Assembly (NCBI GenBank): GCA_030390025.1
Contig: CM059431.1
Span: 98,272,001-98,336,000, forward strand
DNA length: 64,000 bases
Source of the DNA: Squalus acanthias
Lineage: Eukaryota
Reading direction: 5' to 3'
This document shows, piece by piece, positions 15,001 to 30,000 of the stretch. The notes below the pieces were generated by a model that was given only the letters and a program-made list of their open reading frames with translations, did no database searches and was not told where the DNA came from. Made by a program: the position numbers and the translations under genes. How positions within the stretch are numbered: the first letter of the stretch is position 1; each line of letters opens with the position of its first letter.

Positions 15001-18000
15001 ACGAGAATCGTCAGTGAGAGTCAGTAACTAGATTCTTCAGTGGGAGTCAGTAACTAGGATCATCAGTGGGAGTCAGTAACTAGGATCGTCAGTGGGAGTC
15101 AGTAACTTGAGTCGTCAGTGAGAGTCAGTAACTAGATTCTTCAGTGGGAGTCAGTAACTAGGATCATCAGTGGGAGTCAGTAACTAGAATCATCAGTGGG
15201 AGTCAGTAACCAGAGTCGTCAGTGGGAGTCAGTAACTAGATTCTTCAGTGGGAGTCAGTAACTAGAATCGTCAGTGGGAGTCAGTAACTAGGATCGTCAG
15301 TGGGAGTCAGTAACTAGGATCGTCAGTGTGATTCAGTAACTAGGATCGTCAGTGGGAGTCAGTAACTAGATTCTTCAGTGGGAGTCAGTAACTAGAATCG
15401 TCAGTGGGAGTCAGTAACTAGGAACTTCAGTGGGAGTCAGTAACTAGAGTCGTCAGTGGGAGTCAGTAACTAGACTCGTCAGTGGGAGTCAGTAACTAGG
15501 ATCGTCAGTGGGAGTCAGTAACTAGAGTCGTCAGTGGGAGTCAGTAACTAGAATCGTCAGTGGGAGTCAGTAACTAGAGTCGTCAGTGGGAGCTATAACT
15601 AGAATCGTCAATGGGAGTCAGTAACTAGAATCGTCAGTGGGAGTCAGTAACTAGAATCGTCAGTGGGAGTCAGTAACTAGGATCGTCAGTGGGAGTCAGT
15701 AACTAGAATCGTCAGAGGGAGTCAGTAACTAGAATCTTCACTTGGAGTCAGTAACTAGAATCGTCAGTGGGAGTCAGTAACTAGAGTCGTCAATGGGAGT
15801 CAGTAACTAGAGTCGTCAGTGGGAGTCAGTAACTAGAATCGTCAGTGGGAATCAGTAACTAGAGTCGTCAGTGGGAGTCAGTAACTAGAATCGTCAGTGG
15901 GAGTCAGTAACTAGAATCGTCAGTGGGAGTCAGTAACTAGAATCGTCAGTGAGAGTCAGTAACTAGAATCTTCAGTGGGAGTCAGTAACTAGGATCGTCA
16001 GTGGGAGTCAGTAACAAGAATCGTCAGTGGGAGTCAGTAACTAGAATCTTCACTGGGAGTCAGTAACTAGATTCTTCAGTGGGAGTCAGTAACTAGGATC
16101 GTCAGTGGGAGTCAGTAACTAGGATCGTCAGTGGGAGTCAGTAACTAGAATCTTCAGTGGGAGTCAGTAACTAGAATCGTCAGTGGGAGTCAGTAACTAG
16201 GATCGTCAGTGGGAGTCAGTAACTAGAGTCATCAGTGGGAGTCAGTAACTAGGATCGTCAGTGAGAGTCAGTAACTAGAATCGTCAGTGGGAGTCAGTAA
16301 CTAGGATCGTCAGTGGGAGTCAGTAACTAGAATCGTCAGTGGGAGTCAGTAACTAGAATCATCAGTGGGTGTCAGTACCTAGAATCGTCAGTGGGAGTCA
16401 GTAGGTAGAATCTTCAGTGGGAGTCAGTAACTAGGATCGTCAGCGGGAGTCACTAACTAGGATCGTCAGTGCGAGTCAGTAACTACGATCGTCAGTGGGA
16501 GTCAGTAAGTAGAATCGTCAGTGGGAGTCAGTAACTAGATTCTTCAGTAGGAGTCAGTAACTAGAATCGTCAGTGGGAGTCAGTAACTAGATTCTTCAGT
16601 CGGAGTCAGTACCTAGAATCCTCAGTGGGAGTCAGTAACTAGATTCTTCAGTGGGAGTCAGTATCTAGGATCGTCAGTGGGAGTCAGTAACTAGGATCGT
16701 CAGTGGGAGTCAGTAACTAGGATCGTCAGTGGGAGTCAGTAACTAGATTCTTCAGTGGGAGTCAGTAACTAGAATCGTCAGAGGGAGTCAGTGACTAGGA
16801 TCGTCAGTGGAAGTCAGTAACTAGGATCGTCAGTGGGAGTCAGTAACTAGGATCGTCAGTGGGAGTCAGTAACTTGAGTCGTCAGTGAGAGTCAGTAACT
16901 AGATTCTTCAGTGGGAGTCAGTAACTAGGATCATCAGTGGGAGTCAGTAACTAGAATCATCAGTGGGAGTCAGTAACCAGAGTCGTCAGTGGGAGTCAGT
17001 AACTAGATTCTTCAGTGGGAGTCAGTAACTAGAATCGTCAGTGGGAGTCAGTAACTAGAATCGTCAGTGGGAGTCAGTAACTAGGATCGTCAGTGGGATT
17101 CAGTAACAAGGATCGTCAGTGGGAGTCAGTAACTAGGATCGTCAGTGGGAGTCAGTAACTAGATTATTCAGTGGGAGTCAGTAACTAGATTCTTCAGTGG
17201 GAGTCAGTAACTAGATTCTTCAGTGGGAGTCAGAAACTAGATTCTTCAATGGGAGTCAGTAACTTGGATCGTCAGTGAGAGTCAGTAACTAGGATCGTCA
17301 GTGGGAGTCAGTAACTAGGATCGTCAGTGGGAGTCAGTAACTAGATTCTTCAGTGGGAGTCAGTAACTAGGATCGTCAGTGGGAGTCAGTAACTAGATTC
17401 TTCAGTGGGAGTCAGTAACTAGAATCGTCAGTGGGAGTCAGTAACTGGAATCGTCAGTGGGAGTCAGTAACTAGATTCTTCAGTGGGAGTCAGTAACTAG
17501 GATCGTCAGTGGGAGTCAGTAACTAGAATCGTCAGTGGGAGTCAGTAACTAGATTCTTCAGTGAGAGTCAGTAACTAGGATCGTCAGTGGGAGTCAGTAA
17601 CTAGAATAGTCAGTGGGAGTCAGTAACTAGGATCGTCAGTGGGAGTCAGTAACAAGGATCGTCAGTGGGAGTCAGTAACTAGGATCGTCAGTGGGAGTCA
17701 GTAACTAGATTCTTCAGTGGGAGTCAGTAACTAGATTCTTCAATGAGAGTCAGTAACTTGGATCATCAGTGGGAGTCAGTAACTAGAATCACTAGTGGGA
17801 GTCAGTAACTAGAGTCGTCAGTGGGAGTCAGTAACTAGATTCTTCAGTGGGAGTCAGTAACTAGGATCGTCAGTGGGAGTCAGTAACTAGGATCGTCAGT
17901 GGGAGTCAGTAACAAGGATCGTCAGTGGGAGTCAGTAACAAGGATCGTCAGTGGGAGTCAGTAACTAGGATCGTCAGTGGGAGTCAGTAACTAGAATCAC

Positions 18001-21000
18001 TAGTGGGAGTCAGTAACTAGAGTCGTCAGTGGGAGTCAGTAACTAGATTCTTCAGTGGGAGTCAGTAACTAGAGTCGTCAGTGAGAGTCAGTAACTAGAT
18101 TCGTCAGCGGGAGTCAGTAACTAGGATCGTCAGTGGGAGTCAGTAACTAGAATCATCAGTGGCAGTCAGTAACTAGAGTCGTCAGTGGGAGTCAGTAACT
18201 AGATTCTTCAGTGAGAGTCAGTAACTAGAGTCGTCAGTGGGAGTCAGTAACTAGAATCGTCAGTGGGAGTCAGTAACTTGGATCGTCAGTGGGAGTCAGT
18301 AACTAGAATCGTCAGAGGGAGTCAGTAACTAGGATCGTCAGTGGGACTCCGTAACTAGGATCGTCAGTGGGAGTCAGTAACTAGAGTCGTCAGTGAGAGT
18401 CAGTAACTAGATTCTTCAGTGGGATTCAGTAACTAGGATCATCAGTGGGAGTCAGTATTAGAATCATCAGTGGGAGTCTGTAACTAGAGTCGTCATTGGG
18501 AGTCAGTAACTAGATTCTTCAGTGGGAGTCAGTAACTAGGATCGTCAGTGGGAGTCAGTAACTAGGATCGTCAGTGGGAGTCAGTAACTAGGATCGTCAG
18601 TGGGAGTCAGTAACTAGAATCGTCAGTGGGAGTCAGTAACTAGGATCGTCAGTGGGAGTCAGTAACTAGAATCGTCAGTGGGAGTCAGTAACTAGATTCT
18701 TCAGTGGGAGTCAGTAACTAGGATCGTCAGTGGGAGTCAGTAACTAGAGTCGTCAGTGGGAGTCAGTAACTAGATTCTTCAGTGGTAGTCAGTAACTAGA
18801 TTCTTCAGTGGGAGTCAATAACTAGGATCGTCAGTGAGAGTCAGTAACTAGAATCGTCAGTGGAAGTCAGTAACTAGATTCGTCAGTTGGAGTCAGTAAC
18901 TAGAATCGTCAGTGGGAGTCAGTAACTAGGATCGTCAGTGGGAGTCAGTAACTAGGATCGTCAGTCGAAGTCAGTAACTAGGATCGTCAGTGGGAGTCAG
19001 TAACTAGAATCGTCAGTGGCAGTCAGTAACTAGGATCGTCAGTGGGAGTCAGTAACTGGGATCGTCAGCGGGAGTCAGCAACTAGATTCTTCAGTGGTAG
19101 TCAGTACTAGAATCGTCAGTGGGAGTCAGTAACTAGGATCGTCAGTGGGAGTCCGTAACTAGGATTGTCAGTGGGAGTCAGTAACTAGGATCGTCATTGG
19201 GAGTCAGTAACTGGAATCGTCAGTGGGAGTCAGTAACTAGGATCGTCAGTGGGAGTCAGTAACTAGGATCGTCAGTGCGAATCAGTAACTAGGATCGTCA
19301 GTGGGAGTCAGTAACTAGAATCGTCAGTGGGAGTCAGTAACTAGAATCGTCAGAGGGAGACAGTAACTAGAATCGTCAGTGGGAGTCAGTAACTAGAATC
19401 GTCAGTGGGAGTCAGTCACTAGATTCTTCAGTGGGAGTCAGTAACTAGAATCGTCAGTGGGAGTCAGTAACTAGAATCTTCAGTGGGAGTCAGTAACTAG
19501 GATCGTCAGTGGGAGTCAGTAACTAGATTCTTCAGTGGGAGTCAGTGACTAGATTCATCAGTGGGAGTCAGTAACTAGAATCGTCAGTGGGAGTCAGTAA
19601 CTAGATTCTTCAGTGGGAGTCAGTAACTAGAATCGTCAGTGGGAGTCAGTAACTAGAATCGTCAGTGGGAGTCAGTAACTAGAATCGTCAGTGGGAGTCA
19701 GTAACTAGATTCTTCAGTGAGAGTCAGTAACTAGGATCGTCAGTGGGAGTCCGTAACTAGAATAGTCAGTGGGAGTCAGTAACTAGGATCGTCAGTGGAA
19801 GTCAGTAACAAGGATCGTCAGTGGGAGTCAGTAACTAGGATCGTCAGTGGGAGTCAGTAACTAGATTCTTCAGTGGGAGTCAGCAACTAGATTCTTCAGT
19901 GGGAGTCAGTAACTAGATTCTTCAATGAGAGTCAGTAACTTGGATCATCAGTGGGAGTCAGTAACTAGAATCACTAGTGGGAGTCAGTAACTAGAGTCGT
20001 CAGTGGGAGTCAGCAAATAGATTCTTCAGTGGGAGTCAGTAACTAGGATCGTCAGTGGGAGTCAGTAACTAGGATCGTCAGTGGGAGTCAGTAACAAGGA
20101 TCGTCAGTGGGAGTCAGTAACTAGGATCGTCAGTGGGAGTCAGTAACTAGATTCTTCAGTGGGAGTCAGCAACTAGATTCTTCAGTGGGAGTCAGTAACT
20201 AGATTCTTCAATGGGAGTCAGTAACTTGGATCATCAGTGGGAGTCAGTAACTAGAATCACCAGTGGGAGTCAGTAACTAGGATCGTCAGTGGGAGTCAGT
20301 AACTAGATTCTTCAGTGGGAGTCAGTAACTAGATTCTTCAATGGGAGTCAGTAACTAGGATCGTCAGTGGGAGTCAGTAACTAGGATCGTCAGTGAGAGT
20401 CAGTAACTAGGATCGTCAGTGAGAGTCAGTAACTGGGATCGTCAGTGTGAGTCAGTAACTAGGATCGTCAGTGGGAGTCAGTAACTAGGATCGTCAGTGA
20501 GAGTCAGTAACTGGGATCGTCAGTGGGAGTCAGTAACTAGAATCGTCAGTGGGAGTCAGTAACTGGGATCGTCAGTGGGAGTCAGTAACTAGGATCGTCA
20601 GTGGGAGTCAGTAACTAGGATCGTCAGTGGGAGTCAGTAACTAGGATCGTCAGTGGGAGTCAGTAACTAGATTCTTCGTGGGAGTCAGTAACTAGGATCG
20701 TCAGTGGGAGTCAGTAACTAAATTCTTCAGTGGGAGTCAGTAACTAGATTCTTCAGTGGTAGTCAGTAACTAGATTCTTCAGTGGGAGTCAATAACTAGG
20801 ATCGTCAGTGGGAGTCAGTAACTAGAATCGTCAGTGGGAGTCAGTAACTAGAGTCGTCAGTGGGAGCTATAACTAGAATCGTCAATGGGAGTCAGTAACT
20901 AGAATCGTCAGTGGGAGTCAGTAACTAGAATCGTCAGTGGGAGTCAGTAACTAGGATCGTCAGTGGGAGTCAGTAACTAGAATCGTCAGAGGGAGTCAGT

Positions 21001-24000
21001 AACTAGAATCTTCACTTGGAGTCAGTAACTAGAATCGTCAGTGGGAGTCAGTAACTAGAGTCGTCAATGGGAGTCAGTAACTAGAGTCGTCAGTGGGAGT
21101 CAGTAACTAGAATCGTCAGTGGGAGTCAGTAACTAGAATCGTCAGTGGGAGTCAGTAACTAGAGTCGTCAGTGGGAGTCAGTAACTAGAATCGTCAGTGG
21201 GAGTCAGTAACTAGAATCGTCAGTGGGAGTCAGTAACTAGAATCGTCAGTGAGAGTCAGTAACTAGAATCTTCAGTGGGAGTCAGTAACTAGCATCGTCT
21301 GTGGGAGTCAGTAACAAGAATCGTCAGTGGGAGTCAGTAACTAGAATCTTCACTGGGAGTCAGTAACTAGATTCTTCAGTGGGAGTCAGGAACTAGGATC
21401 GTCAGTGGGAGTCAGTAACTAGGATCATCAGTGGGAGTCAGTAACTAGAATCTTCAGTGGGAGTCAGTAACTAGAATCGTCAGTGGGAGTCAGTAACTAG
21501 GATCGTCAGTGGGAGTCAGTAACTAGAGTCATCAGTGGGAGTCAGTAACTAGGATCGTCAGTGAGAGTCAGTAACTAGAATCGTCAGTGGGAGTCAGTAA
21601 CTAGGATCGTCAGTGGGAGTCAGTAACTAGAATCGTCAGTGGGAGTCAGTAACTAGAATCATCAGTGGGAGTCAGTAACTAGAATCGTCAGTGGGAGTCA
21701 GTAGGTAGAATCTTCAGTGGGAGTCAGTAACTAGGATCGTCAGCGGGAGTCAGTAACTAGGATCGTCAGTGCGAGTCAGTAACTACGATCGTCAGTGGGA
21801 GTCAGTAAGTAGAATCGTCAGTGGGAGTCAGTAACTAGATTCTTCAGTAGGAGTCAGTAACTAGAATCGTCAGTGGGAGTCAGTAACTAGATTCTTCAGT
21901 CGGAGTCAGTAACTAGAATCCTCAGTGGGAGTCAGTAACTAGATTCTTCAGTGGGAGTCAGTAACTAGAATCGTCAGAGGGAGTCAGTGACTAGGATCGT
22001 CAGTGGAAGTCAGTAACTAGAGTCGCCAGTGAGAGTCAGTAACTAGGATCGTCAGTGGGAGTCAGTAACTAGGATCGTCAGTGGGAGTCAGTAACTAGAG
22101 TCGTCAGTGGGAGTCAGTAACTAGAATCGTCAGTGGGAGTCAGTAACTAGGAACTTCAGTGGGAGTCAGTAACTAGATTCTTCAGTGGGAGTCAGTAACT
22201 AGGATCATCAGTGGGAGTCAGTAACTAGAATCATCAGTGGGAGTCAGTAACCAGAGTCGTCAGTGGGAGTCAGTAACTAGATTCTTCAGTGGGAGTCAGT
22301 AACTAGAATCGTCAGTGGGAGACAGTAACTAGGATCGTCAGTGGGAGTCAGTAACTAGGATCGTCAGTGGGAGTCAGTAACTAGGATCGTCAGTGGGAGT
22401 CAGTAACTAGATTCTTCAGTGGGAGTCAGTAACTAGAATCGTCAGTGGGAGTCAGTAACTAGGAACTTCAGTGGGAGTCAGTAACTAGAATCGTCAGTGG
22501 GAGTCAGTAACTAGATTCTTCAGTGGGAGTCAGTAACTAGATTCTTCAGTGGGAGTCAGTCACTAGATTCTTCAGTGGGAGTCAGTCACTAGATTCTTCA
22601 GTGGGAGTCAATAACTAGAATCGTCAGTGGGAGTCAGTAACTAGAATCGTCAGTGGGAGTCAGTAACTAGATTCTTCAGTGGGAGTCAGTAACTAGATTC
22701 TTCGGTGGGAGTCAGTAACTAGATTATTCAGTGGGAGTCAGTAACTAGATTCTTCAGTGGGAGTCAGTAACTAGAATCGTCAGTGGGAGTCAGTAACTAG
22801 GATCGTCAGTGAGAGTCAGTAACTGGGATCGTCAGTGGGAGTCAGTAACTAGGATCGTCAGTGGGAGTCAGTAACTAGGATCGTCAGTGGGAGTCAGTAA
22901 CTAGGATCGTCAGTGGGAGTCAGTAACTAGATTCTTCAGTGGGAGTCAGTAACTAGGATCGTCAGTGGGAGTCAGTAACTAAATTCTTCAGTGGGAGTCA
23001 GTAACTAGACTCGTCAGTGGGAGTCAGTAACTAGGATCGTCAGTGGGAGTCAGTAACGAGAGTCGTCAGTGGGAGTCAGTAACTAGAATCGTCAGTGGGA
23101 GTCAGTAACTAGAGTCGTCAGTGGGAGCTATAACTAGAATCGTCAATGGGAGTCAGTAACTAGAATCGTCAGTGGGAGTCAGTAACTAGAATCGTCAGTG
23201 GGAGTCAGTAACTAGGATCGTCAGTGGGAGTCAGTAACTAGAATCGTCAGAGGGAGTCAGTAACTAGAATCTTCACTTGGAGTCAGTAACTAGAATCGTC
23301 AGTGGGAGTCAGTAACTAGAGTCGTCAATGGGAGTCAGTAACTAGAGTCGTCAGTGGGAGTCAGTAACTAGAATCGTCAGTGGGAATCAGTAACTAGAGT
23401 CGTCAGTGGGAGTCAGTAACTAGAATCGTCAGTGGGAGTCAGTAACTAGAATCGTCAGTGAGAGTCAGTAACTAGAATCTTCAGTGGGAGTCAGTAACTA
23501 GGATCGTCAGTGGGAGTCAGTAACAAGAATCGTCAGTGGGAGTCAGTAACTAGAATCTTCACTGGGAGTCAGTAACTAGATTCTTCAGTGGGAGTCAGTA
23601 ACTAGGATCGTCAGTGGGAGTCAGTAACTAGGATCGTCAGTGGGAGTCAGTAACTAGAATCTTCAGTGGGAGTCAGTAACTAGAATCGTCAGTGGGAGTC
23701 AGTAACTAGGATCGTCAGTGGGAGTCAGTAACTAGAGTCATCAGTGGGAGTCAGTAACTAGGATCGTCAGTGAGAGTCAGTAACTAGAATCGTCAGTGGG
23801 AGTCAGTAACTAGGATCGTCAGTGGGAGTCAGTAACTAGAATCGTCAGTGGGAGTCAGTAACTAGAATCATCAGTGGGTGTCAGTACCTAGAATCGTCAG
23901 TGGGAGTCAGTAGGTAGAATCTTCAGTGGGAGTCAGTAACTAGGATCGTCAGCGGGAGTCACTAACTAGGATCGTCAGTGCGAGTCAGTAACTACGATCG

Positions 24001-27000
24001 TCAGTGGGAGTCAGTAAGTAGAATCGTCAGTGGGAGTCAGTAACTAGATTCTTCAGTAGGAGTCAGTAACTAGAATCGTCAGTGGGAGTCAGTAACTAGA
24101 TTCTTCAGTCGGAGTCAGTACCTAGAATCCTCAGTGGGAGTCAGTAACTAGATTCTTCAGTGGGAGTCAGTATCTAGGATCGTCAGTGGGAGTCAGTAAC
24201 TAGGATCGTCAGTGGGAGTCAGTAACTAGGATCGTCAGTGGGAGTCAGTAACTAGATTCTTCAGTGGGAGTCAGTAACTAGAATCGTCAGAGGGAGTCAG
24301 TGACTAGGATCGTCAGTGGGAGTCAGTAACTAGGATCGTCAGTGGGAGTCAGTAACTTGAGTCGTCAGTGAGAGTCAGTAACTAGATTCTTCAGTGGGAG
24401 TCAGTAACTAGGATCATCAGTGGGAGTCAGTAACTAGAATCATCAGTGGGAGTCAGTAACCAGAGTCGTCAGTGGGAGTCAGTAACTAGATTCTTCAGTG
24501 GGAGTCAGTAACTAGAATCGTCAGTGGGAGTCAGTAACTAGGATCGTCAGTGGGAGTCAGTAACTAGGATCGTCAGTGTGATTCAGTAACTAGGATCGTC
24601 AGTGGGAGTCAGTAACTAGATTCTTCAGTGGGAGTCAGTAACTAGAATCGTCAGTGGGAGTCAGTAACTAGGAACTTCAGTGGGAGTCAGTAACTAGAGT
24701 CGTCAGTGGGAGTCAGTAACTAGACTCGTCAGTGGGAGTCAGTAACTAGGATCGTCAGTGGGAGTCAGTAACTAGAGTCGTCAGTGGGAGTCAGTAACTA
24801 GAATCGTCAGTGGGAGTCAGTAACTAGAGTCGTCAGTGGGAGCTATAACTAGAATCGTCAATGGGAGTCAGTAACTAGAATCGTCAGTGGGAGTCAGTAA
24901 CTAGAATCGTCAGTGGGAGTCAGTAACTAGGATCGTCAGTGGGAGTCAGTAACTAGAATCGTCAGAGGGAGTCAGTAACTAGAATCTTCACTTGGAGTCA
25001 GTAACTAGAATCGTCAGTGGGAGTCAGTAACTAGAGTCGTCAATGGGAGTCAGTAACTAGAGTCGTCAGTGGGAGTCAGTAACTAGAATCGTCAGTGGGA
25101 ATCAGTAACTAGAGTCGTCAGTGGGAGTCAGTAACTAGAATCGTCAGTGGGAGTCAGTAACTAGAATCGTCAGTGGGAGTCAGTAACTAGAATCGTCAGT
25201 GAGAGTCAGTAACTAGAATCTTCAGTGGGAGTCAGTAACTAGGATCGTCAGTGGGAGTCAGTAACAAGAATCGTCAGTGGGAGTCAGTAACTAGAATCTT
25301 CACTGGGAGTCAGTAACTAGATTCTTCAGTGGGAGTCAGTAACTAGGATCGTCAGTGGGAGTCAGTAACTAGGATCGTCAGTGGGAGTCAGTAACTAGAA
25401 TCTTCAGTGGGAGTCAGTAACTAGAATCGTCAGTGGGAGTCAGTAACTAGGATCGTCAGTGGGAGTCAGTAACTAGAGTCATCAGTGGGAGTCAGTAACT
25501 AGGATCGTCAGTGAGAGTCAGTAACTAGAATCGTCAGTGGGAGTCAGTAACTAGGATCGTCAGTGGGAGTCAGTAACTAGAATCGTCAGTGGGAGTCAGT
25601 AACTAGAATCATCAGTGGGTGTCAGTACCTAGAATCGTCAGTGGGAGTCAGTAGGTAGAATCTTCAGTGGGAGTCAGTAACTAGGATCGTCAGCGGGAGT
25701 CACTAACTAGGATCGTCAGTGCGAGTCAGTAACTACGATCGTCAGTGGGAGTCAGTAAGTAGAATCGTCAGTGGGAGTCAGTAACTAGATTCTTCAGTAG
25801 GAGTCAGTAACTAGAATCGTCAGTGGGAGTCAGTAACTAGATTCTTCAGTCGGAGTCAGTACCTAGAATCCTCAGTGGGAGTCAGTAACTAGATTCTTCA
25901 GTGGGAGTCAGTATCTAGGATCGTCAGTGGGAGTCAGTAACTAGGATCGTCAGTGGGAGTCAGTAACTAGGATCGTCAGTGGGAGTCAGTAACTAGATTC
26001 TTCAGTGGGAGTCAGTAACTAGAATCGTCAGAGGGAGTCAGTGACTAGGATCGTCAGTGGAAGTCAGTAACTAGGATCGTCAGTGGGAGTCAGTAACTAG
26101 GATCGTCAGTGGGAGTCAGTAACTTGAGTCGTCAGTGAGAGTCAGTAACTAGATTCTTCAGTGGGAGTCAGTAACTAGGATCATCAGTGGGAGTCAGTAA
26201 CTAGAATCATCAGTGGGAGTCAGTAACCAGAGTCGTCAGTGGGAGTCAGTAACTAGATTCTTCAGTGGGAGTCAGTAACTAGAATCGTCAGTGGGAGTCA
26301 GTAACTAGGATCGTCAGTGGGAGTCAGTAACTAGGATCGTCAGTGTGATTCAGTAACTAGGATCGTCAGTGGGAGTCAGTAACTAGATTCTTCAGTGGGA
26401 GTCAGTAACTAGAATCGTCAGTGGGAGTCAGTAACTAGGAACTTCAGTGGGAGTCAGTAACTAGAATCGTCAGTGGGAGTCAGTAACTAGATTCTTCAGT
26501 GGGAGTCAGTAACTAGATTCTTCAGTGGGAGTCAGTCACTAGATTCTTCAGTGGGAGTCAGTCACTAGATTCTTCAGTGGGAGTCAATAACTAGAATCGT
26601 CAGTGGGAGTCAGTAACTAGAATCGTCAGTGGGAGTCAGTAACTAGATTCTTCAGTGGGAGTCAGTAACTAGATTATTCAGTGGGAGTCAGTAACTAGAT
26701 TCTTCAGTGGGAGTCAGTAACTAGAATCGTCAGTGGGAGTCAGTAACTAGGATCGTCAGTGGGAGTCAGTAACTAGATTCTTCAGTGGGAGTCAGTAACC
26801 AGAATCGTCAGTGGGAGTCAGTAACTAGGATCGTCAGTGGGAGTCAGTAACTAGATTCTTCAGTGGGAGTCAGTAACTAGAATCGTCAGTGGGAGTCAGT
26901 AACTGGAATCGTCAGTGGGAGTCAGTAACTAGATTCTTCAGTGGGAGTCAGTAACTAGGATCGTCAGTGGGAGTCAGTAACTAGAATCGTCAGTGGGAGT

Positions 27001-30000
27001 CAGTAACTAGATTCTTCAGTGAGAGTCAGTAACTAGGAACGTCAGTGGGAGTCAGTAACTAGAATCGTCAGTGGGAGTCAGTAACTAGGATCGTCAGTGG
27101 GAGTCAGTAACAAGGATCGTCAGTGGGAGTCAGTAACTAGGATCGTCAGTGGGAGTCAGTAACTAGATTATTCAGTGGGAGTCAGTAACTAGATTCTTCA
27201 GTGGGAGTCAGTAACTAGATTCTTCAGTGGGAGTCAGTAACTAGATTCTTCAATGGGAGTCAGTAACTTGGATCATCAGTGAGAGTCAGTAACTAGGATC
27301 GTCAGTGGGAGTCAGTAACTAGGATCGTCAGTGGGAGTCAGTAACTAGATTCTTCAGTGGGAGTCAGTAACTAGGATTGTCAGTGGGAGTCAGTAACTAG
27401 GATCGTCAGTGGGAGTCAGTAACTAGAATCGTCAGTGGGAGTCAGTAACTAGGATCGTCAGTGGGAGTCAGTAACTAGATTCTTCAGTGGGAGTCAGTAA
27501 CTAGATTCTTCAGTGGGATTCAGTAACTAGGATCGTCAGTGGGAGTCAGTAACTAGAATCGTCAGTGGGAGTCAGTAACTAGGATCGTCAGTGGGAGTCA
27601 GTAACTAGATTCTTCAGTGAGAGTCAGTAACTAGATTCTTCAGTGGGAGTCAGTGACTAGATTCTTCAGTGGGAGTCAGTAACTAGATTCTTCAGTGGGA
27701 GTCAGTAACTAGATTCTTCAGTGGGATTCAGTAACTAGGATCGTCAGTGGGAGTCAGTAACTAGATTCTTCAGTGGGAGTCAGTAACTAGATTCTTCAGT
27801 GGTAGTCAGTAACGAGATTCTTCAGTGGGAGTCAATAACTAGGATCGTCAGTGGGAGTCAGTAACTAGAATCGTCAGTGGGAGTCAGTAACTGGAATCTT
27901 CAGTGGGAGTCAGTAACTAGGATCGTCAGTGGGAGCCATAACTAGAATCGTCAGTGGGAGTCAGTAACTAGGATCGTCAGTGAGAGTCAGTAACTAGAAT
28001 CGTCAGTGGGAGTCAGTAACTAGGATCGTCAGTGGGAGTCAGTAACTAGAATCGTCAGTGGGAGTCAGGAACTAGAATCATCAGTGGGAGTCAGTAACTA
28101 GAATCGTCAGTGGGAGTCAGTAGGTAGAATCTTCAGTGGGAGTCAGTAACTAGGATCGTCAGCGGGAGTCAGTAACTAGGATCGTCAGTGCGAGTCAGTA
28201 ACTACGATCGTCAGTGGGAGTCAGTAAGTAGAATCGTCAGTGGGAGTCAGTAACTAGATTCTTCAGTAGGAGTCAGTAACTAGAATCGTCAGTGGGAGTC
28301 AGTAACTAGATTCTTCAGTCGGAGTCAGTAACTAGAATCCTCAGTGGGAGTCAGTAACTAGATTCTTCAGTGGGAGTCAGTAACTAGGATCGTCAGTGGG
28401 AGTCAGTAACTAGAATAGTCAGTGGGAGTCAGTAACTAGGATCGTCAGTGGGAGTCAGTAACTAGATTCTTCAGTGGGAGTCAGTAACTAGAATCGTCAG
28501 AGGGAGTCAGTGACTAGGATCGTCAGTGGAAGTCAGTAACTAGAGTCGCCAGTGAGAGTCAGTAACTAGGATCGTCAGTGGGAGTCAGTAACTTGAGTCG
28601 TCAGTGAGAGTCAGTAACTAGATTCTTCAGTGGGAGTCAGTAACTAGGATCATCAGTGGGAGTCAGTAACTAGAATAATCAGTGGGAGTCAGTAACCAGA
28701 GTCGTCAGTGGGAGTCAGTAACTAGATTCTTCAGTGGGAGTCAGTAACTAGAATCGTCAGTGGGAGTCAGTAACTAGGATCGTCAGTGGGAGTCAGTAAC
28801 TAGGATCGTCAGTGGGAGTCAGTAACTAGGATCGTCAGTGGGAGTCAGTAACTAGATTCTTCAGTGGGAGTCAGTAACTAGAATCGTCAGTGGGAGTCAG
28901 TAACTAGGAACTTCAGTGGGAGTCAGTAACTAGAATCGTCAGTGGGAGTCAGTAACTAGATTCTTCAGTGGGAGTCAGTAACTAGATTCTTCAGTGGGAG
29001 TCAGTCACTAGATTCTTCAGTGGGAGTCAGTCACTAGATTCTTCAGTGGGAGTCAATAACTAGAATCGTCAGTGGGAGTCAGTAACTAGAATCGTCAGTG
29101 GGAGTCAGTAACTAGATTCTTCAGTGGGAGTCAGTAACTAGTTTCTTCGGTGGGAGTCAGTAACTAGATTATTCAGTGGGAGTCAGTAACTAGATTCTTC
29201 AGTGGGAGTCAGTAACTAGGATCGTCAGTGGGAGTCAGTAACTAGATTCTTCAGTGGGAGTCAGTAACCAGAATCGTCAGTGGGAGTCAGTAACTAGGAT
29301 CGTCAGTGGGAGTCAGTAACTAGATTCTTCAGTGGGAGTCAGTAACTAGAATCGTCAGTGGGAGTCAGTAACTGGAATCGTCAGTGGGAGTCAGTAACTA
29401 GATTCTTCAGTGGGAGTCAGTAACTAGGATCGTCAGTGGGATTCAGTAACTAGAATCGTCAGTGGGAGTCAGTAACTAGATTCTTCAGTGAGAGTCAGTA
29501 ACTAGGAACGTCAGTGGGAGTCAGTAACTAGAATCGTCAGTGGGAGTCAGTAACTAGGATCGTCAGTGGGAGTCAGTAACAAGGATCGTCAGTGGGAGTC
29601 AGTAACTAGGATCGTCAGTGGGAGTCAGTAACTAGATTATTCAGTGGGAGTCAGTAACTAGATTCTTCAGTGGGAGTCAGTAACTAGATTCTTCAGTGGG
29701 AGTCAGTAACTAGATTCTTCAATGGGAGTCAGTAACTTGGATCATCAGTGAGAGTCAGTAACTAGGATCGTCAGTGGGAGTCAGTAACTAGGATCGTCAG
29801 TGGGAGTCAGTAACTAGATTCTTCAGTGGGAGTCAGTAACTAGGATCGTCAGTGGGAGTCAGTAACTAGGATCGTCAGTGGGAGTCAGTAACTAGAATCG
29901 TCAGTGGGAGTCAGTAACTAGGATCGTCAGTGGGAGTCAGTAACTAGATTCTTCAGTGGGAGTCAGTAACTAGATTCTGCAGTGGGATTCAGTAACTAGG

